Assembly: GCA_043800255.1 (NCBI GenBank)
Contig: JAZDNF010000015.1
Coordinates: 1 to 42,076, forward strand
DNA from: Candidatus Altiarchaeota archaeon
Lineage (GTDB): Archaea; Altiarchaeota; Altiarchaeia; IMC4; SCGC-AAA252-I15
Reading direction: 5' to 3'
Length of the DNA: 42,076 nucleotides
The translations under genes and the position numbers were made by a program. The notes beneath the pieces are model-generated. The model was not told the DNA's origin. It made no database searches and saw nothing but the letters and a program-made list of their open reading frames with translations. Positions 1 through 7,895 of this stretch are shown here, piece by piece. Positions within the stretch are counted from its first letter, which is position 1; each line of letters begins with the position of its first letter.

Positions 1-113
1 TAGACGCATTCTTCAACTCTAAAGCCACTTTATTCGAAACATGAATGTTCATTACAATAAAAATTATACACACAACTTAAAAACACAATAATTTCACCCT
101 CCCCTGTCAGAGG

Positions 114-200
114 ACTTAACATGCGGCTGAACGACGTGCCCTGCAGTCGCTCATCCCAATTCCGCCGTCAGCGGAATTCGTTTAAGCCGATGCGTTCTGT
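114..200 (+). mobile_element. attC-like integron recombination site (putative)
   Basis: Starts ACTTAAC (fits RYYYAAC) then ATGCGGCTGAACGA. Ends TCGTTTAAGCCGATGC-GTTCTGT. The arms are imperfect inverted repeats. Internal perfect hairpin AATTCCGC/GCGGAATT at 158-178. The right core deviates from GTTRRRY. Confidence 0.45.
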
Positions 201-242
201 GCTATTCGCTCGGCGGGTTTTTGATTCTCGTTTGGGGTTGTC

Positions 243-254
243 TTTTTATATAAG
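243..254 (+). promoter_or_regulatory. TATA box for hicB-like ORF
   Basis: TTTTTATATAAG about 21-30 nt upstream of ATG 275, typical archaeal leaderless spacing. Confidence 0.45.
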
Positions 255-274
255 CTCTTTGAGTATTATTTAAC

Positions 275-430
275 ATGGGCAAAGAGTTTAATATCGTGAT
301 TGAGGAAGGGGAGGACGGTTACCTGATTTCGGAGGTTATCGGGCTTCCCGGCTGTCACACTCAGGCTAAAACACTCGATGAACTGGTTAAACGGACGAAA
401 GAGGCCATCTCTCTTTCATCCGACTGCTGA
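275..430 (+). pseudogene. HicB-family antitoxin (UPF0150-like), short or C-terminally truncated, 51 aa
   Basis: Own translation: MGKEFNIVIEEGEDGYLISEVIGLPGCHTQAKTLDELVKRTKEAISLSSDC*. Has the HicB pattern EDGY...LPGCHTQ.kTLDEL...EAI but ends where the usual LYLE helix would continue. No HicA adjacent. Confidence 0.75.
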
Positions 431-459
431 AGAAAAGATAACTGTGATTCAGTTTGACT

Positions 460-582
460 TTACAGTCTTCTCTTGAGTTTGCGTCCGCCGCGTCTGAAAA
501 GCCTGAACAGGAGTCTGAGTGGCAGCATAATCAGTCTGAGCGGGAGCAGCAGAATCCTCCTGAAAAGTTTTAATCCTCCCAT
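460..582 (-). CDS. Small Arg/Leu-rich cationic peptide, 40 aa (hypothetical)
   Basis: MGGLKLFRRILLLPLRLIMLPLRLLFRLFRRGGRKLKRRL*. The ATG lies 1 nt after the stop of the KaiC-like gene (TAA-G-ATG). Confidence 0.5.
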   Translation of the reverse strand: MGGLKLFRRILLLPLRLIMLPLRLLFRLFRRGGRKLKRRL

Positions 583-583
583 C

Positions 584-1336
584 TTATCTGCGTGAGGTGT
601 GCGACTGGACTTCCTGCATTATCTTAAGGCCTTTGCCGGTTATCTTGTAAATGTATGAGCCCTCCTTGTGCGATGCGCCTCTCATCTTCTTCACAGTCAA
701 GCCTCTGAAGGCGATGCCGGAGTCTATTATGTAATCCAACTCTATGACGCCGTCAGCGAGGAACATGATATCCCCCCACTGGACTTTGCTCTTCTCCACT
801 GTGATGACTGATGTGATGTCGAGATTCCCCAGCTGATAAAGAAGGTACAGGAGGTTCATCCTCGCCTTAACCTCCTCAGGCATGAGCATGTTCAACGCGG
901 TTATGGAGTCTATCACAACCCGTTTAGCGTTTATCTCAGTGCACTTCAGTTTTATCTCTGATAGCAATGCTTGCACCGTCAGATACTCGAGAGGCTTCTC
1001 AAGCGGGCCTCTAGTAAGATCCTCCGATATCTCAAAGTTTATCCCGTCTATCACAGGCTGAAGGTACGAGACAAGCCTAATCTTGTCCTGCTTTTCCAGC
1101 TTCGCAAGATCCCATCCGAACGCTTTCGCATTCTCGAGGATTTTGTCCTTCTTCTCCTCGACGGCGATGAAGACGCCCGGCTCGTCGTATTTCACGGCCC
1201 CATTATACAGGAATTCAAGCCCGAAGTTCGTCTTCCCTGTGCCGTACTCTCCTATGACGACATAATTCCCGTTCCTCTTAAGCCCGCCCTCCAGCAGGAT
1301 GTCCAAGCCTTCAATCCCAGTCTGCGCCTTTTCCAT
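584..1336 (-). CDS. KaiC/RecA-superfamily single-domain ATPase
   Basis: TGIEGLD N-terminus, Walker A GEYGTGKT, EE after the following strand, Walker B VVIDS, KMRG motif. Confidence 0.9.
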   Translation of the reverse strand: MEKAQTGIEGLDILLEGGLKRNGNYVVIGEYGTGKTNFGLEFLYNGAVKYDEPGVFIAVEEKKDKILENAKAFGWDLAKLEKQDKIRLVSYLQPVIDGINFEISEDLTRGPLEKPLEYLTVQALLSEIKLKCTEINAKRVVIDSITALNMLMPEEVKARMNLLYLLYQLGNLDITSVITVEKSKVQWGDIMFLADGVIELDYIIDSGIAFRGLTVKKMRGASHKEGSYIYKITGKGLKIMQEVQSHTSRR

Positions 1337-1374
1337 GACAAATCCTATTGAGAACCGTATAATAAATATGAACT

Positions 1375-2049
1375 TCAGGACTGGAAGAAATCATCCAACC
1401 TCGACTGTTTAGCCTTGTCAAGGGTGTTCCAGCTTCTCCTGATGAAATGATGCATTTCGCCGTTTCTGACCATGTCCCTGACAAATGAGGCTGTCTTCTC
1501 GTCTGAAGGATATCCTGAGCCGAAGTCTCCGTATTCCCTCCTGAGCCCCTCCACTATCCTGTCCCTCTCGACTTTCGCGAGTATGGACGCAGCCCCGACT
1601 TCAACGTACCTGTCATCAGCCTTGTGCTCTGAGACTATCGTCGGAATCCTGAACTCAGGCCAGGCGTCGTTGATGCATGACACTATCCGCATGCCATAGT
1701 CCTCTGCTATTGAGTCGGCGGCGTCGATGAATATTGTCTCCGGCATGTTCTTCAACGATGTTATGAGTTCAGCGGTTTTCAACGCTTCGATGCTATTGAG
1801 GGAAACCCTCTTCCTCTTCAGGTCTATTTCAGACGGCGGGATGACCGCGAGACTCCACTCCACTGCCTTCTCTTTCACTATCTTCTCCAGCACAGTCCGA
1901 CGGTCTGCCGACAGCTTCTTAGAGTCCCTCACTCCCGCATCCTTCAGCGTTTTCAGGCCCATGTCGTCCACGACCACGCACGCCATCACCATCGGCCCTA
2001 TTATCGGGCCCCGCCCGGCCTCATCTATCCCGCATGTGAGTTTCATCAT
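1375..2049 (-). CDS. rnhB: Ribonuclease HII
   Basis: GIDEAGRGP, DSKKL, AASILAKVERD, GSGYPSD; C-terminal PIP box QSRLDDFF. Confidence 0.97.
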   Translation of the reverse strand: MMKLTCGIDEAGRGPIIGPMVMACVVVDDMGLKTLKDAGVRDSKKLSADRRTVLEKIVKEKAVEWSLAVIPPSEIDLKRKRVSLNSIEALKTAELITSLKNMPETIFIDAADSIAEDYGMRIVSCINDAWPEFRIPTIVSEHKADDRYVEVGAASILAKVERDRIVEGLRREYGDFGSGYPSDEKTASFVRDMVRNGEMHHFIRRSWNTLDKAKQSRLDDFFQS

Positions 2050-2627
2050 ACGTTAGCGTGCCTCCCCCTCATCTCATGCTCCGCCTTTTTTGTCCTGTTC
2101 ATGAGGTCGCCGATGACGCCGTCCAACAGTACCAGCACAGTGTCCTCGAACAGCGTCCCCATGGGCGTGAGAGAGGAATGGATCCCCTCAATCTGATGCT
2201 TCAGATGGTCTTTTTCGATGTCAACCCTGGTCTTGCCCTTGACGACGACAACATGGTCTGAGAGCTGCCCAAGGCTGGACTCCCTGTAAGAGGTTATCGA
2301 TGCTATCCTGGTCCCGATATTATGCGCCACCTTCGCAGCGCTTACGACCGATTTAGTCTCGCCTGAACCGGAGACTAATACGAACAGGTCGCCGTCCTTT
2401 CTCATTCCCGGAGTTATGGTCTCGCCCACGACGTAGACCCTCAACCCCAGCTGGGAAAGCCTCATCGCGAAGGCCTTCGCGACCAATCCCGACCGCCCCG
2501 CCCCGAACAGGAATATCCTCTCGGCTTTGATGAGTTCGTCAACAAAAAGCTCCAAATCCTTGGCGTCGAGCGTTGAGGCTACCTTTTTGACGTGGTCCGC
2601 GATTCCTGACATTATCCTCGGAATCAT
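2046..2627 (-). CDS. hxlB: 6-phospho-3-hexuloisomerase (SIS domain)
   Basis: GAGRSGLVAKAFAMRL, VVGETITP, SGSGET, PMGTLFE, C-terminal RHAN. Confidence 0.92.
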   Translation of the reverse strand: MIPRIMSGIADHVKKVASTLDAKDLELFVDELIKAERIFLFGAGRSGLVAKAFAMRLSQLGLRVYVVGETITPGMRKDGDLFVLVSGSGETKSVVSAAKVAHNIGTRIASITSYRESSLGQLSDHVVVVKGKTRVDIEKDHLKHQIEGIHSSLTPMGTLFEDTVLVLLDGVIGDLMNRTKKAEHEMRGRHANV

Positions 2628-4099
2628 CTTATCCTGCTGTTCCTGAGCCAGTCCATGCTGCTCGAGTAGAGCTCCCTGATGTCGTTCAAACCCAATCTCA
2701 GTGCTACTACCCGGTCAACGCCCAGGCCCCAGGCGAGGACAGGGCATTCGAAGCCCATCAACGGTTTAACCACTTCCGGCCTGAACATTCCCGCTCCCCC
2801 GAGTTCTATCCACTCCTTCTTCTCCTCGAAGTAGATTTCAGGCTCGACGCTCATTTCCGTGTACGGGAAATACGCCGGCCTGAACCTGACTTTGAAGCCC
2901 ATCCTAGTGTAGAATTCTTCCAGTATGCCGAGGAGGTTCCTGAACGTGGCGTCCTCGTCGACTATGATGCCCTCAACCTGGTAGAATTCGGGCAGGTGCT
3001 TGTAGTCTATTGCCTCGTTCCTGAAGACCCTCCCGATGGAGAAGACCTTCTGAGGCAGGTCCTCTCTCTTGAGGGTGCTGAGGTATCTTGCGGTTACGAC
3101 TGTTGTGTGAGTCCTCAGGACAGCCTTTTTTGTCACCTCCTCAGACCACTTGTACTTCCAGCCTTCGGAGCCTGTCGTCCACCCGTCCTCGTGCGTCTTC
3201 CTCACCCGGTCCTTGAGCTTCTCGAAGCCTGGGATGGGAACGCTCTTCGGAGTCTTCAGATAGAACGTGTCGTGCATGTCCCTCACGGGATGGTCCTGGG
3301 CTGTGAAGAGGGCGTCGAAGTTCCAGAACGCGGATTCAACGTAGGGGCCCTTTATCTCAGAAAAGCCGAGCTCTATGAAGATGTCCCTGATGTCCTCGAT
3401 GGCCTGCTGCAGGGGGTGCTTTTTGGCAGGCACGTTCGGCTTCACGTAAACGTTGACGTCGTATTTTCTGAAGTTCAGGTCCTTCCACCTGCCTGTCACG
3501 AGCATCTCAGGCGTCAGCTGGGAGACGCTGTCGTCAACCTCCAGCGTCGATGAAAGTTTGACGCCCTTCTCCGCAGGCTTCAGCACTATGCTCTTCTTTT
3601 CGGCAACCTTGATGACGTTCTTCCTCTGCTTGAGCATCTCAAGCGCCTTCTTCTGCGTCCCATCAAGCTCTGTCGACTTAAGCAGTGATTTCCCAAGCCT
3701 TTCCAGGAGCTCCTCATCGGATGTTTTCTCCCGGCTCTTTATCCTGATCTCGTCTGCTGTTATCTCAGCGAGGCCTTTCTTCCTCAGCCAGCCGAGCCCT
3801 ATCCCCACAAGACCGCCGTCAAGCCTCTTCCTGACGTTAGAGAGGCTGGCCCTCTCCTTGACAGCATCTATTATCTGCCTCTCAGGCAGCCCTTCTTTGA
3901 GGTACTTTTTCCCCTCGTCCCCCAGCGTTATCTCCTCCCACGTTTGTTCCTTGATGTCCAGAAGCTCCTTCGTCTTCAGCCAGGATGCAGCCCTCTGTAC
4001 TGCGTCTACAGGCAGACCGGTTTTCTCGGAAATCTCAAGAGGCGTTGCCTCCTTCTGCAGAGCCTTCAGGACTTTTATCTCATGGGGGTGCAATTCCAT
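2624..4099 (-). CDS. pheS: Phenylalanine--tRNA ligase alpha subunit (archaeal long form)
   Basis: FWNFDALF.AQDHPVRDMHDTF, LRTHTT, GRVFRNE, HLPEFYQVEG, PAYFPYTEMS, AWGLG; N-terminal wHTH-like extension. Confidence 0.97.
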   Translation of the reverse strand: MELHPHEIKVLKALQKEATPLEISEKTGLPVDAVQRAASWLKTKELLDIKEQTWEEITLGDEGKKYLKEGLPERQIIDAVKERASLSNVRKRLDGGLVGIGLGWLRKKGLAEITADEIRIKSREKTSDEELLERLGKSLLKSTELDGTQKKALEMLKQRKNVIKVAEKKSIVLKPAEKGVKLSSTLEVDDSVSQLTPEMLVTGRWKDLNFRKYDVNVYVKPNVPAKKHPLQQAIEDIRDIFIELGFSEIKGPYVESAFWNFDALFTAQDHPVRDMHDTFYLKTPKSVPIPGFEKLKDRVRKTHEDGWTTGSEGWKYKWSEEVTKKAVLRTHTTVVTARYLSTLKREDLPQKVFSIGRVFRNEAIDYKHLPEFYQVEGIIVDEDATFRNLLGILEEFYTRMGFKVRFRPAYFPYTEMSVEPEIYFEEKKEWIELGGAGMFRPEVVKPLMGFECPVLAWGLGVDRVVALRLGLNDIRELYSSSMDWLRNSRIR

Positions 4100-4130
4100 G
4101 TTAACTTATGCTACTCTAGGTTAAAACGCT

Positions 4131-4233
4131 CTATTCCACCGGTCTCTGACCGGTGGTTTGGCCGGTGGAATAGGCGTATAAGAACCACCGGTTCATCTCA
4201 TAAGATGCCACCGGTCTCTGACCGGTGGTTCTT
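4131..4233. repeat. Cluster of CCACCGG/CCGGTGG palindromic repeats (REP-like)
   Basis: 23-bp direct repeat CCACCGGTCTCTGACCGGTGGTT at 4136-4158 and 4208-4230. Inverted repeats CTATTCCACCGG/CCGGTGGAATAG (4131-4173) and AAGAACCACCGGT/ACCGGTGGTTCTT (4180-4233). Confidence 0.85.
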
Positions 4234-4244
4234 CACATTGGGGT

Positions 4245-5696
4245 TCAGGCGTAGTCGAATCCTCCCAATTTGGGCTTCTGTTTTCTCTCGAAACTGAATT
4301 TTGAGGCGCTGTCCTTCTCTATTTTGATGTGATCCACATTGCACAGGAGGAAGGGGATGTCGAGCACCGCTCCCGCGATTATGCACTCTCCGACGTCCAG
4401 GCTGTCGAGGTCGCTTATTATGGTGTCGTTAATGCATTCGAAGGTTCTCCTGATGTGGTCCTTGTCCTTCGGGTTTGTGATGTGCATGTACACGCCTGTG
4501 TTGCACTGCGAGAGTATCTCCTCGTCTATCTTGCTCGGCTTCTGGCTTATTATCAGGAGTCCTATGCCGAACTTCCTCCCCTCGGAGGCTACCCTCTGAA
4601 GCTGGTGCTTGCAGGAGTGCGCGAGGTTGCTGCCTGCGTAATTGTGAGCCTCCTCTATCACAAAAAGCAGCCTATGGTCTATGACGTCCCCGCCGAGGTT
4701 GTTCTCCTTGTTCACCCTACCCTGCAGCAGCTTCTTCGACAGGTAGGATATCACAGACTGCTTTATCGCCTGCGAGGCGAGGCTCGCGTCAACTATCGTA
4801 ATCTGCCCCGGCGCGACCAGCTTGTTTATGTCAGTCCCGTAAACGTCGAACACGTCCCTGAAGACCATGTCGAGGCCGCTTATCCTCCTCCTCAACGCCT
4901 TCGCAGTCTCCTCGTGGATGTCTGAGCTTTTGCCCTTGACTATGGCGTCTATCATCCTGTCGCATTCTGCGATTATGTCCTGCAGCGAGTAATCCTCATC
5001 ATCCGGCTTCCTCTGGGAGAATATCCTGCTGAGTATGACCTCGAGAGCTCCGACCTGGTTGTCGTTCAAGCTCGTGAAGTGCCTGTAATCGTTTGCATTC
5101 AGGTTCGAGACAGGTATCTTAAGCTGCTGGCAGCCCTGCCTCTTGTGTTTCACGGTGTAGAGCTCTACCTTTATGTCAGTCCCCTTCGTGACTGCGGCGA
5201 ACAGCTTCTGGTATTCGCCGTGCGTGTCCACCACTATGGCTGGAAGACCCAGCCTGGCGAACTCCTTGATCAGGTTGGCTGCGGCATATGATTTTCCGCT
5301 GCCTGTGCTGGCAAGTATCGCGATATGCCTGTCATACTCTGACGCATTCATGTACGCTCTCGCATCAGTGCCGAGGACTGCTCCGATGCTTATCCTGTCT
5401 TTCGTCGAGAGTATCGCCTCCAGCTCCTCCCTGCCGGCTGCCTCCACCTTAGTGTAGGGTCTGACAGGCTTCTTAACCTTCCTCAGCTTTCCCCCCTCCA
5501 GTCTGCCGAAGACCTGGGTTTTGGCGATCAGACGGTGCTTTGAGCCTATGTTCTCATCCTCCTGGTAGTACATTTCAGCGACTATGCCGTAAAAATCACC
5601 GATCTTCAGTATGCTCCCCAGTTCGACGCCCTCGTCTGTGACGAGTACCTCAACCTCCCTCCCATGGGAGGAGACTATCATCCCAACCGGCTGCAT
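4245..5696 (-). CDS. HerA/FtsK-family ATPase (DUF87)
   Basis: RHIAILASTGSGKS Walker A, VVDTHGEY, Walker B LFVIEEAH, EGRKFGIGL, ISQKP; N-terminal HAS-barrel-like region. Confidence 0.9.
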   Translation of the reverse strand: MQPVGMIVSSHGREVEVLVTDEGVELGSILKIGDFYGIVAEMYYQEDENIGSKHRLIAKTQVFGRLEGGKLRKVKKPVRPYTKVEAAGREELEAILSTKDRISIGAVLGTDARAYMNASEYDRHIAILASTGSGKSYAAANLIKEFARLGLPAIVVDTHGEYQKLFAAVTKGTDIKVELYTVKHKRQGCQQLKIPVSNLNANDYRHFTSLNDNQVGALEVILSRIFSQRKPDDEDYSLQDIIAECDRMIDAIVKGKSSDIHEETAKALRRRISGLDMVFRDVFDVYGTDINKLVAPGQITIVDASLASQAIKQSVISYLSKKLLQGRVNKENNLGGDVIDHRLLFVIEEAHNYAGSNLAHSCKHQLQRVASEGRKFGIGLLIISQKPSKIDEEILSQCNTGVYMHITNPKDKDHIRRTFECINDTIISDLDSLDVGECIIAGAVLDIPFLLCNVDHIKIEKDSASKFSFERKQKPKLGGFDYA

Positions 5697-5784
5697 ACTA
5701 TAAACTTTAAACCAGAACTTAATAAACCGGATTTTAAAACGTCCTGCGATGATATTACATACTCAAAAGATGCTGCAGGGGAAC

Positions 5785-6381
5785 ATGGCGGAGGCTAGAT
5801 TCTACAGGATAAAGGACGAGGTCAGGATTCTGGGCGTTGATGACGGCCCGTTCTCACGAACAGACAGGGATGTCATAATAGTCGGCACCGTGTTCCGCGG
5901 GGGAACAGTGCTCGACGGCATCCTTACTACGAAGGTGAGGGTCGACGGGCTGAATTCGACAAAAAAATTGTCCGAGATGGTCTCAAAATGCAAGTTCAAG
6001 GATTTAAGGGTCATAATGTTGGACGGCCTGGGCTTCGGAGGCTTCAACCTCCTTGACATAGAAGAGCTTAACAGGAAGACGGGCCTGCCTGTCATAGTTG
6101 TCGTGCGGAAAAGCCCTGATTTCGGGGAGATAGAGTCTGCCTTGAACAATCTTCCGAACAAGAGGAAGAGGATGGATTATATCAGAAAGGCTGGCACTCC
6201 CATGAGGGTTGAGACACGGCCCGGCAAGTTCGTGTACGTTCAGACTAAGGGCATATCCCTAGAGGATGCCGGGAAAATAGTCAGGCTGTCTTCGACGAGG
6301 AGCAACATCCCCGAGCCGCTGCGCGTAGCCCACCTGATAGCATCAGGCGTCACGCTCGGCGAGTCGAGAGGGAATGCCTAG
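5785..6381 (+). CDS. DUF99 / UPF0215 endonuclease V-like protein
   Basis: RILGVDDGPF, VIMLDGLGFGGFN, PEPLRVAHLIASG. The start may be 5749, 5770 or 5785. Confidence 0.88.
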   Translation: MAEARFYRIKDEVRILGVDDGPFSRTDRDVIIVGTVFRGGTVLDGILTTKVRVDGLNSTKKLSEMVSKCKFKDLRVIMLDGLGFGGFNLLDIEELNRKTGLPVIVVVRKSPDFGEIESALNNLPNKRKRMDYIRKAGTPMRVETRPGKFVYVQTKGISLEDAGKIVRLSSTRSNIPEPLRVAHLIASGVTLGESRGNA

Positions 6382-7880
6382 CCGCCACCCTTTATCTCCT
6401 TCTGCCAGTCTATGCCCCCCAGCCGCTTCATCCCCGTCTTCGATGAAGTCACCAGTATCCTGTACGGTTTGTCGTCTCTTATGTCAACAACGCCGTCAAT
6501 GATCCTTTGAACCTCACCGCGTTCCTCATCGTTGAGCGGTCCCATAATCTTCTGCAGGCCTTTCTTATCCCTCTCGCCCAGCTCTTCCTGGCTTCTGTAC
6601 TTTCGCATGGCGCGGTTTATCTCCATCTTCATCCTCCTCAACACCTTGAGCTGATGCTCTGTCAGGTCGTCTGGCCCTAGCGTGGAGTCTATACTAAAAT
6701 AGTCGTCAACAGCTTTTATGAAGCTTTCCCGCCATTCCGCAATCTTTTTGACAGGTATTCCAGCCGCTTTCGAAATCATCTTGGGCTCCTGTTTCATGAA
6801 CTCCTGGATGCGCACGATTCCCGCGCTGTTCAGCTTTTTCACGGAGTCTTCGTCCATCCCAGGCATCTTCATGAGATTGCCCATGCTCAACGGGTATGTC
6901 AGAACCCTCTTTGTGAATATTGCATAGCCTATCGAAAGCAGGCCGGCGACTATGATGACCTGGAAGAACAACTTTATCAGCCTGTAATCCCTGGTCTGGT
7001 CTCCGGAGCCCTTGACGATTGTCTCGTTCACCTTCCCTATGATGCCTATCACATCCTGAACGCTTTCGTTCAGGCTCTCCGTTATGCCCTCAAGTTCTCC
7101 GCCAAGCGCGTTCTCGTCTGTGATGTTCACGACGACGAGCTCTGCCATAGGCTTCAACGGCATTACGGTCGTGGTAACATACGGTTTCGTTGATATGCTG
7201 CTGGCTTTTTGGGAGAGGTTGTCCAGCACGTATCCTACCTCATCGTCTGACACTATGAACGTGTAATGGGATGAAACGCTCAGGGCGCGGCCAGCCTTCT
7301 GCTCGACGCCGCTGAAGGCGCAGATCTGGCTCACGCTCCAGTTGGCGCTGTTATTCCCTATGAATGAGTCAACCTTCTCCTTCAGCTCGCTTCTGCACTT
7401 CTCAGTCTCATATTTGGTCTGATGGAGCGGGAATAATGCCTTAGCATAATAGTTGCTCGCGATGCAGAAGCGCTGCACCCTCTGGCAGATGTCCAACGAG
7501 TTCACCGCCTGCTCAAGCCAGAAGTCGCCTGCCTTGGAGGCGTAATTCTCGGAACTGTTGCCACATATCCAGCTCCTGTCAGAGATTTTCTGTATCGGGC
7601 AGGTCGAGTAGTCCTCCTGCAGGCCGTAGTCCTTGAAAAGCAGGTCCGGCATCAGCCACGGCTGAACAGGGTCTGACACGCAGGTCCCATAGTAGTATTC
7701 TGACGCCGCATTGCAGAGATCATACCTTGAGACCCTCTCAAAGCAGTCCCTAAATGTGTCAACACCCCAGACGTTCGCAACAGCCTGCTGGCAGAAGTAT
7801 TCGTGGGTTTTAGGCCCCCATGAAGCTGCGGTAGACGCTAAAAGCAGGATTAAAATCGGCAGGCAGTCTTTGGTGTTCAT
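6378..7880 (-). CDS. Single-pass membrane protein: signal peptide, Cys-rich P1-nuclease/phospholipase C-like ectodomain, TM helix, cytoplasmic HhH-like domain
   Basis: Signal ...LLLASTAAS|WGPKTH, MPD and FPLH motifs, TM LIKLFFQVIIVAGLLSIGYAIF, then LMKMPGMDEDSVKKLNSAGI (HhH-like). Confidence 0.65.
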   Translation of the reverse strand: MNTKDCLPILILLLASTAASWGPKTHEYFCQQAVANVWGVDTFRDCFERVSRYDLCNAASEYYYGTCVSDPVQPWLMPDLLFKDYGLQEDYSTCPIQKISDRSWICGNSSENYASKAGDFWLEQAVNSLDICQRVQRFCIASNYYAKALFPLHQTKYETEKCRSELKEKVDSFIGNNSANWSVSQICAFSGVEQKAGRALSVSSHYTFIVSDDEVGYVLDNLSQKASSISTKPYVTTTVMPLKPMAELVVVNITDENALGGELEGITESLNESVQDVIGIIGKVNETIVKGSGDQTRDYRLIKLFFQVIIVAGLLSIGYAIFTKRVLTYPLSMGNLMKMPGMDEDSVKKLNSAGIVRIQEFMKQEPKMISKAAGIPVKKIAEWRESFIKAVDDYFSIDSTLGPDDLTEHQLKVLRRMKMEINRAMRKYRSQEELGERDKKGLQKIMGPLNDEERGEVQRIIDGVVDIRDDKPYRILVTSSKTGMKRLGGIDWQKEIKGGG

Positions 7881-7895
7881 TCTCTCAGTAAGTAA

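Noticed and set aside
428-460. TGA read-through or selenocysteine extending HicB
   Set aside because: The downstream codons give only 8 residues unlike HicB before another TGA.
584-1336. Circadian clock KaiC
   Set aside because: Single domain with no kaiA/kaiB; such ATPases are common archaeal signalling proteins.
4131-4233. CRISPR mini-array
   Set aside because: Only two direct-repeat copies, the intervening sequence itself contains the repeat core, and there are no cas genes.
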